A stretch of 64,000 nt of DNA from Eledone cirrhosa. Taxonomy: Eukaryota. The stretch spans positions 257,424,001-257,488,000 of the forward strand of contig OZ024741.1 in assembly GCA_964016885.1 (NCBI GenBank), in the 5' to 3' direction. A program made the position numbers and the translations under genes. The notes under the pieces are model-generated. The model saw only the letters and a list, made by a program, of their open reading frames with translations, was not told the origin of the DNA and did no database searches. Below are positions 26,421 to 39,100 of this stretch, one piece after another; position 1 is the stretch's first letter, and the number at the start of each line of letters is the position of its first letter.

Positions 26421-27189
26421 CCAAATGGTTATTTTTAAAATTGTTTTGATAATATATCATAAAGGATTCAAGACTAGAGTCAACCCTCTAATGTGTATGG
26501 ATTTATTAATAATAAGATTAAAATCAGGTTAAAATATTTCAATAAAGTTAAAAAATAAGGATAAAAAGTATGAAAATAAGTTTAAAATCATGAAATTTCT
26601 AAGGATTAAATAAAATTGCCCTATCTGTTCCACGTCAGCTGTATAAGGTTGAAGAATAAAAGTGAAAAAGACAAGGTTTAGTAATTAATTATTCCATCGC
26701 TTTATTATTGCTTCAAAAGGCAAAATAAGGGTTGTGATTAATAGATTCTCGGAGAGGGTGGTATTCTAATGGCCACACTTAAACCACACGAATTTGACCA
26801 CATTTATCAAGAACATAGACTTACACTTTAGAAAATATTCGCACTTCTTTGACTACTCTATTTTGGATTTAAAATCAAAATCCTCTAATGTTGATATCTG
26901 TTCGTCTGCAGTATATATACAATGAGATATGATTAAAATGTAGACGTTGTATTACATAGCAAGTGTACCCTTATCTCTATACGTTTACATTGAGAATATA
27001 GGGTGTTATTATTACGTAACATTTAAACCTATCCCACATTCTGATAGGTTCACCAAGAACCTCGATATTGTTTCAAAAATTTAGATTTCTCAATCATATG
27101 TAATATCAAAAAATTATCAAATCCCAATAAGCACATTGCAAAAAACAAAACAAGAAACAAAAATATAATTAAAATTGTAATACATTCAC

Positions 27190-27310
27190 AAATAATTGTT
27201 TCTACTTTTGGCACAAGGCCAGCAATTATCCCAGTGTATTACTGGTACTTTATATTATCGATCCCGTAAGGATGAAAAGTAAAGTTAACCTCGGCGGGAT
27301 TTGAACTCAA
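27190..27310 (-). mobile_element. SINE 3' part
   Basis: Reverse complement of the 13010-13125 SINE segment. Confidence 0.8.
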
Positions 27311-27586
27311 ATAATATAACCTACATAGTATTATTAGGTTTGTTAAAATTGTATCCTTACGACCTTCCAATAATTGTGTAGGGGAAATATGAATAAATGT
27401 AAACCCGTTCAATGTATAGATATTAATACTCATGATTTGTCAATATGTATAATTATATCTTTATTTATACAGAATTTACAGAAGTTATATCATTACATTA
27501 ATTTTTACTCACATAGATATGAATTGAAAGATAAATCCAAATTTTATAACTCCTATTTTCTACATCTGAAAATGAACATTGACAAA

Positions 27587-29000
27587 AGTGGTATATGAAT
27601 GGTGGGGACACCAGTGGTATATGAATGGTGGGGATACCAGTGGTATATTAATGGTGGGGATACCAGTGGTATATTAATGGTGGGGACACCAGTGGTATAT
27701 TAATGGTGGGGACACCAGTGGTATATTAATGGTGGGGATACCAGTGGTATATTAATGGTGGGGACACCAGTGGTATATGAATGGTGGGGACACCAGTGGT
27801 ATATGAATGGTGGGGATACCAGTGGTATATTAATGGTGGGGATACCAGTGGTATATCAATGGTGGGGACACCAGTGGTATATTAATGGTGGGGACACCAG
27901 TGGTATATGAATGGTGGGGACACCAGTGGTATATTAATGGTGGGGACACCAGTGGTAAATTAATGGTGGGTACACCAGTGGTATATTAATGGTGGGGATA
28001 CCAGTGGTATATTAATGGTGGGGACACCAGTGGTATATTAATGGTGGGGATACCAGTGGTATATTAATGGTGGGGACACCAGTGGTAAATTAATGGTGGG
28101 GACACCAGTGGTATATTAATGGTGGGGACACCAGTGGTATATTAATGGTGGGGACACCAGTGGTATATTAATGGTGGGGACACCAGTGGGAAATTAATGG
28201 TGGGGACACCAGTGGTATATTAATGGTGGGGACACCAGTGGTATATTAATGGTGGGGGCACCAGTGGTATATTAATGGTGGGGATACCAGTGGTATATTA
28301 ATGGTGGGGACACCAGTGGTATATTAATGGTGGGGACACCAGTGGTAAATTAATGGTGGGGATACCAGTGGTATATTAATGGTGGGTACACCAGTGGTAT
28401 ATTAATGGTGGGGACACCAGTGGTATGTTAATGGTGGGGACACCAGTGGTATATTAATGGTGGGGACACCAGTGGTATATGAAGGGTGAGGACAACAGTG
28501 CTATATTAATGGTGGGGACACCACTGGTATATTAATGGTGGGGACACCACTGGTATATTAATGGTGGGGACACCAGTGGTATATTAATGGTGAGGATACC
28601 AGTGGTATATTAATAGTGGAGACACCAGTGGTATATTAATGGTGGGGATACCAGTGGTATATGAATGGTGAGGACAACATTGGTATATTAATGGTGGGGA
28701 CACCACTGGTATATTAATGGTGGGGACACCACTGGTATATTAATGGTGGGGACACCAGTGGTATATTAATAGTGGAGACACCAGTGGTATATTAATGGTG
28801 GGGACACCAGTGGTATATTAATGGTGGGGACACCAGTGGTATATGAAGGGTGAGGACAACAGTGGTATATTAATGGTGGGGACACCACTGGTATATTAAT
28901 GGTGGGGACACCACTGGTATATTAATGGTGGGGACACCAGTGGTATATTAATGGTGAGGATACCAGTGGTATATTAATAGTGGAGACACCAGTGGTATAT
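27587..29000 (+). repeat. 26-bp minisatellite CCAGTGGTATATTAATGGTGGGGACA, about 54 copies
   Basis: Direct periodicity of 26. A variant block GAAGGGTGAGGACAAC recurs at 364 bp (14 units). Confidence 0.97.
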
Positions 29001-29662
29001 GACAATGACGTCAGTGGTTTATGACAATGACATTTGAGGTTTATTGATGGTAAGAACTCTTGTGTGATATATACGCAGGGGAAACTACCAGGATATGAAT
29101 GGTGAGATCATATGAATACATTTTTCAAGTTAATATATGGTAAGGAAGGAAATGAGATCTTTATTTGAAGATAAGGAATAACTATAGTCTTATCATCCAA
29201 CTATTTGACCTCTTCACTATTTTACAGTCTACTCCAACCTGCAGGTTGTAGGTCCATGTAATTTGCATAAGTAAAAAAATAATAAAATGGAGAAATAAAA
29301 CCTTCATAGAGAGAATTAATAATGGCTTTGTTTAGAGTTTTATTTTGGTTTCAGTTAAGGCTCATGTATGAACATGTTCCAACCTATTAGAACCAATTAG
29401 CATAGTATAATCAACTGAAGCCTGTAGATCAAATGATAATTACGAATAATATTTGGTCATTATAATTTGCATCATTTGTTATATTGAATCATGTCTATAG
29501 TTGTCGTCTTGTCTTTGCCTACATAAATCAGCTTTTCTCCTAGTCTAAGAACATTTAAATTAAGAAGTCTTCCTTACAATCTTCAGTACATTTACTGTTA
29601 GTGTATGTGTAAGATGAGCAGTTACAATAGTAGATTGTAAAATTAATATTCGCTGCCATGTA

Positions 29663-29740
29663 TCATTTTATAACGTTGGAGGATAATGACATTCCTCTCT
29701 GAAAATGTTCAGCAACTTCCCAAATGAAAGCGTAAGAATC
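29663..29740 (-). CDS. PTP-family gene terminal coding exon (DSYAFIWEVAEHFQRGMSLSSNVIK*)
   Basis: ttttatctgacAG| acceptor, phase 0, TGA stop. Matches the xQY.F.Y terminal helix of PTP domains. Confidence 0.78.
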   Translation of the reverse strand, partial: DSYAFIWEVAEHFQRGMSLSSNVIK

Positions 29741-31808
29741 CTGTCAGATAAAAATAGTCAATTATTAAAGTAAATCAATATATGTGTTATTTATTGAAAT
29801 CAACTAAAATTTTTATTCAACATTAAAATATTCATTTAAATCAATTAAAATTACCAAACATCCAATCCTTTCTTTTACTCTATCTTTTATGCAATGTATA
29901 TAAAGTTGTGCTAAAATATATATATAGCATGAAGATATCAATATAAGAACTTCACAAATATGGAACTTGACAGAGATATTATCCATGGAAGAGTTTTTGA
30001 TAATTTCTAACTCGATGATTTAAACAAGGTCCCATATACATTTTACTCATTAATTCTAGATTATATAATCATATTTCATAGATTCTGTATAGTAATATAT
30101 GATATTTAATATTTTAACGCTAATTAATGTTTTCTAATTGTTCACTACAAAATATTGATATGATTATTACCATGATATCAGTAAATAAAACAAAATGGTG
30201 TATAAAACGCACCCTTATATTATAAACCAAATGTCTTAGAAAAATCTAACCTGATATTTAAAACGTATTGTTCCATACACAAAAGTAGTCAAGTGTTGAG
30301 TTATTTTGTACCAAACTAACACTGATTAACGTATATGATGTCTGTCGAAAATGTATCCGATCTACGACAGGGAAAACTATTACCTGCTTTGTTGGGTTCA
30401 GTTGATAACTTTCGAAATATGGCTTTTGTGTCATCCCACATTTAGTGATAATTCCGCTAATTGAATGTCTACTGGGCTCTCAAGGTCTTTCAGTGGCATC
30501 TGCATACTTGGGAACAACCAAAAATCAGAGGGTGTGCCATGGAGAGAAGGGAATAAGTGAAATACTTTTCTTTGCCAAGGAACTTTGCATCAACAGCCAT
30601 GTATGAATTATGGTGTTGACCTGATGCAGCTGCCAGTTTTATGAGGCTCACGGTTTCAGTCTCTTGGACCAAACTGGTGGAATTCCTGATAGTCCTACTT
30701 GTTAAAGGCTTGTGCTACTAGTGTGTATTTATGATGCACAATACTTTGTAGTTGAAGCAGCTGTCAGCACTACTTTGATTTTGCTCCTAATCCGACATGC
30801 ACTTTTGGGTCTTGGTGTGTTTGCATGCTTTCACTATGATAGTTGAATTTCGGGTTGCTGGTCGTTTTCTTACATCTCTTGGTAGCTTAGTCGGTGATGT
30901 GCAAATGTATCCATGGCAAACTGCACCTCATGCAATGTATCATAGAACAGATTGGAATTAAACTTGGCTTAGGTGGGCCACTGTTAAATGTAGATCACTC
31001 CAAAGCTTTTCACGAGGTTTAACCATCGCTATCTGGAATCTATCTTAAGAGCAGCCAGTTTCGATCTGCATTTCCAAGGCTCAGTCAACAGAAAGAAAAC
31101 AGCAATAAATGTTCGGTGGACAAACCAATCGGCCATTCTCCAAAATCCTTCTGGATTACACATGCACATTCTGATGTTGTTGCACCTGCAGAAATACCTT
31201 AACTCCCACTACAACCAGCCAGCACAGATGCCTTTCGTTCGACAGGTTTTTTTGTCAGCACGTTTCTTTCTTGGAACTACAATCCTGGGTCATGCATCAG
31301 TTATGTTGAATGCTGTGTGGCACACACGGCACATAACTAACTGGGTAAGACAAGCAGTGACACAAAACAAGTGTTTGCTTTTGATAGAGCATAGTGTAAG
31401 TAATGGACAAGGATGGCCTAGGAACTACTATGGGCATTGATGAGAAGAATGAGAGCTGACTATTCTGGAGAAACTTCAGACATTATTTGTTGAAAGAGCC
31501 ACAAGAGAAAATTATCTGTTTAAGATATGGTCTACATACACAGCTATTCATGAGTCATCCCATCAAAGTAAAGCTATTCTACTCCATTAGTTTTCAGTTT
31601 AAGTTATTGAGAGAAATCATTCAACACTCGTTCAAATGTGTCATTACACTATGTATGATATACAAACAAACGAAGACATTGCAAGAAAAAATATATTCAT
31701 GGTTTTAGTGTCTGTGGAATATTGAAGAAAAGAGTTTCTTCCCTGCTACATTTACCTAAATCTAGTTTGAAAAAATAAAATACAACAAAGAGAAATTGAT
31801 TTACTTAC

Positions 31809-31944
31809 AAAATCAGCAACTATCTTTGGTTGTGTTTTCTTGATCAGTCGGACTAGTCGTACTATATTGATTACAGATTGACATGTCATTGCAGCTTTCA
31901 ATATGTGAATGATGCACAGGAAACCACTTTTATGGAAATTTTCA
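31809..31944 (-). CDS. PTP-family gene exon (S-ENFHKSGFLCIIHILKAAMTCQSVINIVRLVRLIKKTQPKIVADF)
   Basis: aacAG|...|GTAAGT; 136 nt, phase 2/0, completing the AG|T Ser codon. Matches GRSG.FCA....VDVF..V..LR..RP.MV. Confidence 0.88.
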
Positions 31945-32340
31945 CTGTTCATGAAAGAATGAGAGAGTGACATATGAACAAGCTGATAAATAATTAGGTA
32001 GTTAAATAAATGTGGTGGGTCTTCTTGCGCTTAGTTTTCCGCTTTGTGAAGTTACTCTCAATATATAGAATAATAAATAAGAGAGTATTGAAGTTTGCTT
32101 GAAGCATTGTGGAACAATAAGTAAATATTTATAAGTCGTTTGGAAGCCTCGACAATGCAAATGGGTAAATCTCCGGGTAACAGGGTCCGGTGGAGGAGAG
32201 AGAGATATGTAAGTGGGTGTACGTTGAGATGCGTGGTGTGTATAAGATGTGTGAGATGTGTAGAATGAAGGGAAGAGTGAAAGGGTAAAAATAATAATAA
32301 CAACACAGGAGAGAGAGTTACCTTGGGAGAGATTTAATAG

Positions 32341-32378
32341 TCCCTATATATTTCGGATTCACATCCATCAACTGGGGG
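32341..32378 (-). ncRNA. Hammerhead-like motif with atypical core (second copy 35643-35680)
   Basis: ccc-CAGTTGA-t-ggat[gtga]atcc-GAAA-tatat-A-ggg: stems I and II and a palindromic stem III are intact, but the core reads CAGUUGA rather than CUGAUGA in both pLTR copies. Confidence 0.45.
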
Positions 32379-32783
32379 TTTTTTTCCGGGGTGTCGGACA
32401 ATTCGGAACGCGTCTTTCGCTGTTTGTTGATTTGAATATCTGAGGTATTCGGTCGAGCGCGCGTGCGCGTGAAATGGGGTCGGTCGTACAGAAGTCAACG
32501 GCCGAATGAGGGAGTGGGATGGCGCTAGCTGTCTGTCAGTCCATTCTCTGCATGCTTGTTAAATGTTACTGTGTGTGTGTGTGCGTGTGTTGTTGTCTCG
32601 CTTGAGTGTGTGTGTGTGTGTGTGTGTGTGCGTGTGTAGTTGCCTTGTTCATCTGTATTGGCAGTGTAGTATGTTCGTATGGTGGAATGCTACTGTGTGT
32701 GTGTGTGCGTGTGTGTGTGTAGTTGTCTCGTTTGCGTGTGTGTGTGTGTGCGTGTGTTGTGTGTTGTTGCATCGCTTGTTAAC

Positions 32784-35409
32784 TTAAACCAGCCATTTCA
32801 TTTCGCTTCTCTCTAATCGGTTGTTTATTTGCGGTTGTAGTCGTTTGATAAGAAGCCCTTCCTTAATACGTAACGTGCCGACGTTTCTTTCAGTCGCTAG
32901 AATTGTGACAATGGGCCTTCCGTCTTTGTTTCCGCATTTGTCTATGTGTTTCCGGAAAGACGAGGCCCTGGTTTTAATGTGTTCCTTGATCCGGATGTGC
33001 AAAGGTCGGATTGTGCTACCTATGTAGTATTGGTTGCACCTGTCACATTCTATCTTATACACGACGTATGTGCGTAGGCAACAGTTAGCATGGCGTATCG
33101 GGCAGTCTCTGAGGGAGCATGCGTCAGTAGACTTTTCGGTTTTCCTGGAGAGGCATCTTCGCAGGAAGGGGCCCGAGTGGGCCAGGTGGATGTCGAGGCC
33201 CTCTCTCCGTATAGCCTTGCGGATAGCGTTGGTGGTTTTATCGCCCAGGTGTGGTATTTTAAGGAAGCACTTGCCTTGGGTGCTTCTCTGTCTCTTGCGC
33301 CTGGTGTCTCCTATTCTGTATGTGATCGAGGTAGGGTACGCGTTCGTCTCCAGCACCTCGAGGAATCGCTTGGTATGAGTGACACTACTCGCGGAATCGC
33401 TGCATCTGTCTTTGATTCGCGCGATCTCGTTCGTGATGTATCCTCTTTTGGCACTGTTAGAGAGGGTGGACTTGTATTGAACGAATAAGTCCCTGCAGGC
33501 TGCCTTTCTGTAGTAGTTGCAGTGGATCCCTCCTTGTTCCGTGATGTTGATTCGGAAGTCGAGGAGGGCAAGTGACCCGTCATCGTTGGGGTGTTCAACA
33601 CTGAAGTCAATGTTCTCGTCCATGTTGTTGAACGTCTCATAGATTCTGTTCGCCGTGTCTTGGGAAGATGTGAGGATGAGGATATCGTCCACGTATCTTG
33701 AGAAAAAGGCTACGGCGTTGGGGTGGCAGGCGTTGAGAGCCTTTCGTTCGAGGTTGTCCATGTAGGAGATCGCTAGTACACCTGATAGACTTGATCCCAT
33801 GGGCAATCCCGAGGTTTGTTGGTATATTTGGTCAAGGAATCCGAAGTAGGTGTTGTCGACGACGATGGATAGGAGTTGGTGGATGTCGGTGGTGGTGAGC
33901 CCGAAGCAGTGTAGGTCGGGGGATTGGACGCGTTCCATTAGTATATTGACGGCCGGGAGAGCCGGGACCGAGGTGTAGAGAGCGACTACATCAAGGCTGA
34001 AGGCATATCTGTTATTCCTTCTGGTGTCGGGATACATTTGATGCAGGCGCTTCAATACCTCCTCGGTGCTGTTAACGTGTCCCGGCAAGGTGTCTAAGAT
34101 GGGTTTGAGTATTCTGGCTAGGAGCCATGAAATTTTGTAGAGTGGTCCTCCACGCTCGATACGATGGGCCTGATTTTCAGGTCGGGTCCCTGTTTGTGTG
34201 TTTTCACGAGGTGGTAGAAGGCGGGTAGTCTGCTGTTCCTCGTGAGGAGGTTGTATCTCAGCTTCTTCGGGAGCTTCCGCAGGTCGCAGATGTTGGTCCA
34301 GGCGGAGTTGATGTGTTCTTCTATCTGCGCGGGAGTGATTCCCGTGACCCTGGAGTAGAAGTTGTCATCGTCAATGTGTTGGAGGGCCAGGGTGTTGTAG
34401 GCCTCTCTGCTGATGACGCAGAATTCTTTTCCTTTGTCGGAGGGGAGATAGATGAGGTTCTTCGATTTTAGGTTGGAGAGAGTGGTGAGTTGAGATTTGG
34501 TGAGGTTATGTGTTGTGCGTGTGTGTGTGTGTGTTTGTGAAGTATATCCGAGATGGAGTGTTTAAGCCTGATGAGTTTGGTGTCGAGTTCGTGGTTGGTG
34601 GGTGGGGGGTGGAGTGGGTTGTCGGGGTGGTAAGTGGGGAACTTGGAGTGGGTTGTGTCGGCGCTGTTATTATCTGTGGCGCTGTTGATAGCGGTCACCC
34701 ATTTAAGTTGGTAAGCGGCTCGACAAAAGTTGGCCTCGATGTTGAGTTTGAGTCTGTCGTCGAGACGTTGTGTGACGATGAACTTAGGTCCGAGGTGTAG
34801 GAGTTTCAGCTCGTCGCTCGTGAGAGTGCCGGTTAGGTCGGTGACCAGGTGCGTCGCATCGTTGAGGTATGGCTCGGTGTTGGTGGTAGCGGCGGTGGCG
34901 GTTGTTACGTTGTTGTTTTCCACGTGGTTCTGGTCCGTCTGTTCGTTAGTGTCGATGTTCTCGTTGTGGCGTTTCAACAAGATCCACTCATATTTTCGCT
35001 TGCGTCGTTTTTTCTCGTATTGAACTCTGGAGTGGTAGCACTGGTCGATTGCTTTAGTGATATTTAGGAGCAAGTCTCCGGGTGCTATTGGCAGTCGATG
35101 TGTCCGCTCTGAGAGTGTCCGCTTATGGACGTGTAATTGGCGGTTGAGATGTCTCAGGATTTGTTTAATACACGTGCGATGTATGCGATTAGTGGTGTTT
35201 TGGAAGGCTGGTGTACGTAGGCTTACTGGTAAGCGGATGTTCATGATGGTGTTGGGGATGACATCGTTTTTTAGGCAGCGTTTCAGGAAAATAATTTGGC
35301 AGCCAGCGTTGGCCCATTTCTCCGACAGTCTAAACAGTTCCCTTACGGATGCAAACAATTCCTGGCTCAGGTGTAAGGATAAGAGAGTATTGAAGTTTGC
35401 TTGAAGCAT
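32784..35409 (-). pseudogene. Near-intact PLE RT + GIY-YIG ORF with about two frameshifts
   Basis: IIFLKRC...VIP; LLHLGPKF; PSDKG; FYHLVKTHK; SLDVVALYTSVP; GLPMGSSLS; RYVDDIL; VVYKIEC..C...YIGST.R..H.RIKEH. Confidence 0.93.
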
Positions 35410-35921
35410 TGGGGAACAATAAGTAAATATTTATAAGTCGTTTGGAAGCCTCGACAATGCAAATGGGTAAATCTCCGGGTAACAGGGTCCGGTGGAGGAG
35501 AGAGAGATATGTAAGTGGGTGTACGTTGAGATGCGTGGTGTGTATAAGATGTGTGAGATGTGTAGAATGAAGGGAAGAGTGAAAGGGTAAAAATAATAAT
35601 AACAACACAGGAGAGAGAGTTACCTTGGGAGAGATTTAATAGTCCCTATATATTTCGGATTCACATCCATCAACTGGGGGTTTTTTCCGGGGTGGGGGAA
35701 AAGGTTGTCTGTCGGACAATTCGGAACGCGTCTTTCGCTGTTTGTTGATTTGAATATCTGAGGTATTCGGTCGAGCGCGCGTGCGCGTGAAATGGGGTCG
35801 GTCGTACAGAAGTCAACGGCCGAATGAGGGAGTGGGATGGCGCTAGCTGTCTGTCAGTCCATTCTTTGCCTGCTTATTAAATGTTACTGTGAGTGTGTGT
35901 GCGTGTGTTGTTGTCTCACTT

Positions 35922-35977
<56 letters not shown>

Positions 35978-37025
35978 GTAGTTGCCTTGTTCATCTGTAT
36001 TGGCAGTGTAGTATGTTCGTATGGTGGAATGCTACTGTGTGTGTGTGTGCGTGTGTGTGTGTAGTTATCTCGTTTGCTTGTGTGTGTGTGTGCGTGTGTT
36101 GTGTGTTGTTGCATCGCTTGTTAACTTAAACCAGCCATTTCATTTCGCTTCTCTCTAATCGGTTTTTATTTGCGGTTGTAGTCGTTTGATAAGAAGCCCC
36201 TCCTTAATACGTAACGTGCCGACGTTTCTTTCAGTCGCTAGAATTGTGACAATGGGCCTTCCGTCTTTGTTTCCGCATTTGTCTATGTGTTTCCGGAAAG
36301 ACGAGGCCCTGGTTTTAATGTGTTCCTTGATCCGGATGTGCAAAGGTCGAATTGTGCTACCTATGTAGTATTGGTTGCACCTGTCACATTCTATCTTATA
36401 CACGACGTATGTGCGTAGGCAACAATTAGCATGGCGTATCGGGCAGTCTCTGAGGGAGCATGCGTCAGTAGACTTTTCGGTTTTCCTGGAGAGGCATCTT
36501 CGCAGGGAGGGGCCCGAGTGGGCCAGGTGGATGTCGAGGCCCTCCCTCCGTATAGCCTTGCGGATAGCGTTGGTGGTTTTATCGCCCAGGTGTGGTATTT
36601 TAAGGAAGCACTTGCCTTGGGTGCTTCTCTGTCTCTTGCGTCCGGTGTATCCTATTCTGTCTGTGATCGAGGTAGGGTACCCATTCGTCTCCAGCACCTC
36701 GAGGAATCGCTTGGTATGAGTGACACTACTCGCGAGATTGCTGCATCTGTCTTTGATTCGCGCGATCTCGTTCGTGATGTATCCTCTTTTGACACTGTTA
36801 GGGAGGGCGGACTTGTAGTGAACGAATAGGTCCCTGCAGGCTACCTTTCTGTAGAAGTTGCAGTGGATCCCTCCTTGTTCCGTGATGTTGATTCGGAAGT
36901 CGAGGAGGGCAAGTGAGAATAATAAATGTCTACATTTTTGCCAACACTTTATCAATACATATGTAGATAAATGTAAGACTTATGTTATGTGTAGTTCTAT
37001 ATTAATGTTAATATTTTTCACTTAC

Positions 37026-37177
37026 CTACAATGGACAGCAATTTTTCTATTACACATCTCCATTTGATGATCGTTTAGAATATCACTTAGTCTGATAATA
37101 TCGGTACAGGATGGATTATTTCCATCCATCCATATGGTAGACAGGAAATGGTTGATTTCAAATATTTCGACCCTCGA
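37026..37177 (-). CDS. PTP-family gene exon (SRVEIFEINHFLSTIWMDGNNPSCTDIIRLSDILNDHQMEMCNRKIAVHC)
   Basis: ttgcAG|...|GTAAGT; 152 nt, phase 0/2. WMD occupies the WPD-loop position; IAVHC is the start of the signature motif. Confidence 0.88.
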
Positions 37178-37464
37178 CTGCAATAGTGAAAATATTAACT
37201 ATGAAGAAAATCAGAAGGAAAATATTTACGGTATATTTTTTCATGATTTGTTTAAACATGACAAGTCAGTGAAAATAAACACTTGACTGGTTTAGACATC
37301 GGGTGCTAGTAATTCGAACTTATGATACTAGATTGATTTGTTCAGAGTAACAAACTAAAATAGCAATGAATATGTTAAAAGATATAACATTAATTAAGCT
37401 ATAATTTCTGGGGTTTATTTTTACATAAGTAGAATTGTTGATAAAATATATGAAATAAACTTAC

Positions 37465-37596
37465 CTTCTTACTAAATGTGACCTTTAAAACACTATGTAT
37501 GCAAACATCTTTGTCTTCTACACTGATAAGTTCTACGTGATAATGTCCATATTTAGCAGATCCATTTAGTTTCCTTGGTAAATATTTGGGTCGTTC
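37465..37596 (-). CDS. PTP-family gene exon (ERPKYLPRKLNGSAKYGHYHVELISVEDKDVCIHSVLKVTFSKK)
   Basis: acatAG|...|GTAAGT; 132 nt, phase 0/0. Matches QYWP....YG...VEL. Confidence 0.85.
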
Positions 37597-37699
37597 CTAT
37601 GTAGAAAGATATATATATATATATGATGGCTACAACTACCAATTCCACTTTGTGAACATCAAATGCATTTACACCTACATCATTGGATGCAAATGAAGT

Positions 37700-37972
37700 C
37701 GCAGGTTTTATATCAGAGTGGCCTTCTCCTAGAGAGATGTCTTAATGAAGACCAGGATCTCTTGCTAAAACAAAATACTTTATTGGATAGCCGTTGCCTC
37801 TCCTGAGTTCCTCCACCTCCTGACAGGTTTTGGTTTTCATCCTGTAGGGTGTCACAAATCACCCTCCTCACCAAACAGACTTGGTGCTGTTGCCTGTTCG
37901 TCGCCAACGACCCAACCATGCACAGGTTGTATTGAGTTACACGTTACCAATAGTGCTAAAGAATGTCCTGAC
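37700..37972 (-). mobile_element. RTE 5'-leader-related fragment
   Basis: Similar to 8800-8985 (AGGGTGTC..A...ATCACCCTCCTCACCAA...CGACCC.ACCATG..ACAGGT.GTA.TG.GTTACA). Confidence 0.6.
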
Positions 37973-37985
37973 ACACAAACACATA

Positions 37986-38088
<103 letters not shown>

Positions 38089-38134
38089 AAATAAAATAAA
38101 TAAGTCAAATGTTTAAAATTTGGCTTCGTTTATT

Positions 38135-38189
38135 ACTGCTATATATATTTCGGTGACAGCCATCTTTGGCTGTGATCTCTTCAGGCAGT
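38135..38189 (-). ncRNA. Minimal type-I hammerhead ribozyme (mirror copy)
   Basis: Reverse complement reads actgc-CTGAAGA-gat.acagcca[aaga]tggctgt.acc-GAAA-tatatat-A-gcagt. Confidence 0.85.
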
Positions 38190-38416
38190 CCGAATTAGTG
38201 CGGTAGAGACGAGTACACATGTTGAGGTGTATAACTTTGTCAATACTCTGATATGCCTAGTTCCTGGCTGGGTTGTTATTTCACTGAGGAACTGGAATCA
38301 TATGATTCCAGTTCCTCAGTGAAATAACAACCCAACCAGGAACTGGGCATATCAGAGTATTGACAAAGTTAAACACCTCAACAACATGTGTACTCGTCTC
38401 TACCACACTAATTCGG

Positions 38417-38471
38417 ACTGCCTGAAGAGGTCACAGCCAAAGATGGCTGTCATCGAAATATATATAGCAGT
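38417..38471 (+). ncRNA. Minimal type-I hammerhead ribozyme
   Basis: actgc-CTGAAGA-ggt.acagcca[aaga]tggctgt.atc-GAAA-tatatat-A-gcagt: 5-bp stem I, stem II, palindromic stem III, canonical core. Confidence 0.88.
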
Positions 38472-38617
38472 AATAAACGAAGCCAAATTTTAAACATTTG
38501 ACTTATTTATTTTATTTTATTTTACATTACTCCGGAGTAACCAAACCAACCTGCGCACTTCGTCGAGTGTTCCAATCTGCATACTGAGGTGTGGTATACA
38601 ACCAACATATACTCAAA

Positions 38618-38685
<68 letters not shown>

Positions 38686-38689
<4 letters not shown>

Positions 38690-38986
38690 AAAAGAAATTA
38701 AAAATGCAACTGGAGTCTTATTAAGAATATTTATTTGTTTCCTTTACCAGTTTCACAATTCATATGCTTTTCAAAAGTAGAATTAAGATGGAGGGTTTCT
38801 GGTTTTTCTCAGGTGCGAGAAAAACCACAAACCCTCTATTTCAATTCTACTTTTGAAAAACATATGAACTGTGAAACCGGTAAAAGAAACAAATAAATAT
38901 TCTTAAAAAGACTCCAGTTGCATTTTCAATTTCTTTTCCTTAAACTTTCACTCGTTTTTTTTCATTAAAAAAACCCCTCATTTTCT
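38686..38986 (+). mobile_element. Foldback mini-element with U3-A8 hammerhead motifs (38742-38777 minus; 38850-38886 plus)
   Basis: Arms of about 125 bp around a 6-nt spacer; ctt-TTGAAAA-(g/a)ca...tgt-GAAA-c(c/t)ggt-A-aag. Confidence 0.8.
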
Positions 38987-39007
38987 TATATATATATAAA
39001 CAAATAG

Positions 39008-39095
<88 letters not shown>

Positions 39096-39100
<5 letters not shown>

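Larger units (their letters stand above)
32078..36912 (-). mobile_element. Penelope/Poseidon-like PLE in partial tandem arrangement (truncated upstream copy provides the pseudo-LTR)
   Basis: 32078-33575 is duplicated at 35382-36912. The ORF start (35409) lies in the end of the upstream repeat. Located in a PTP intron, same orientation as the gene. Confidence 0.95.

Noticed and set aside
30390-31440. GC-richer stretch, possibly a decayed LINE
   Set aside because: No diagnostic motif recovered by eye.
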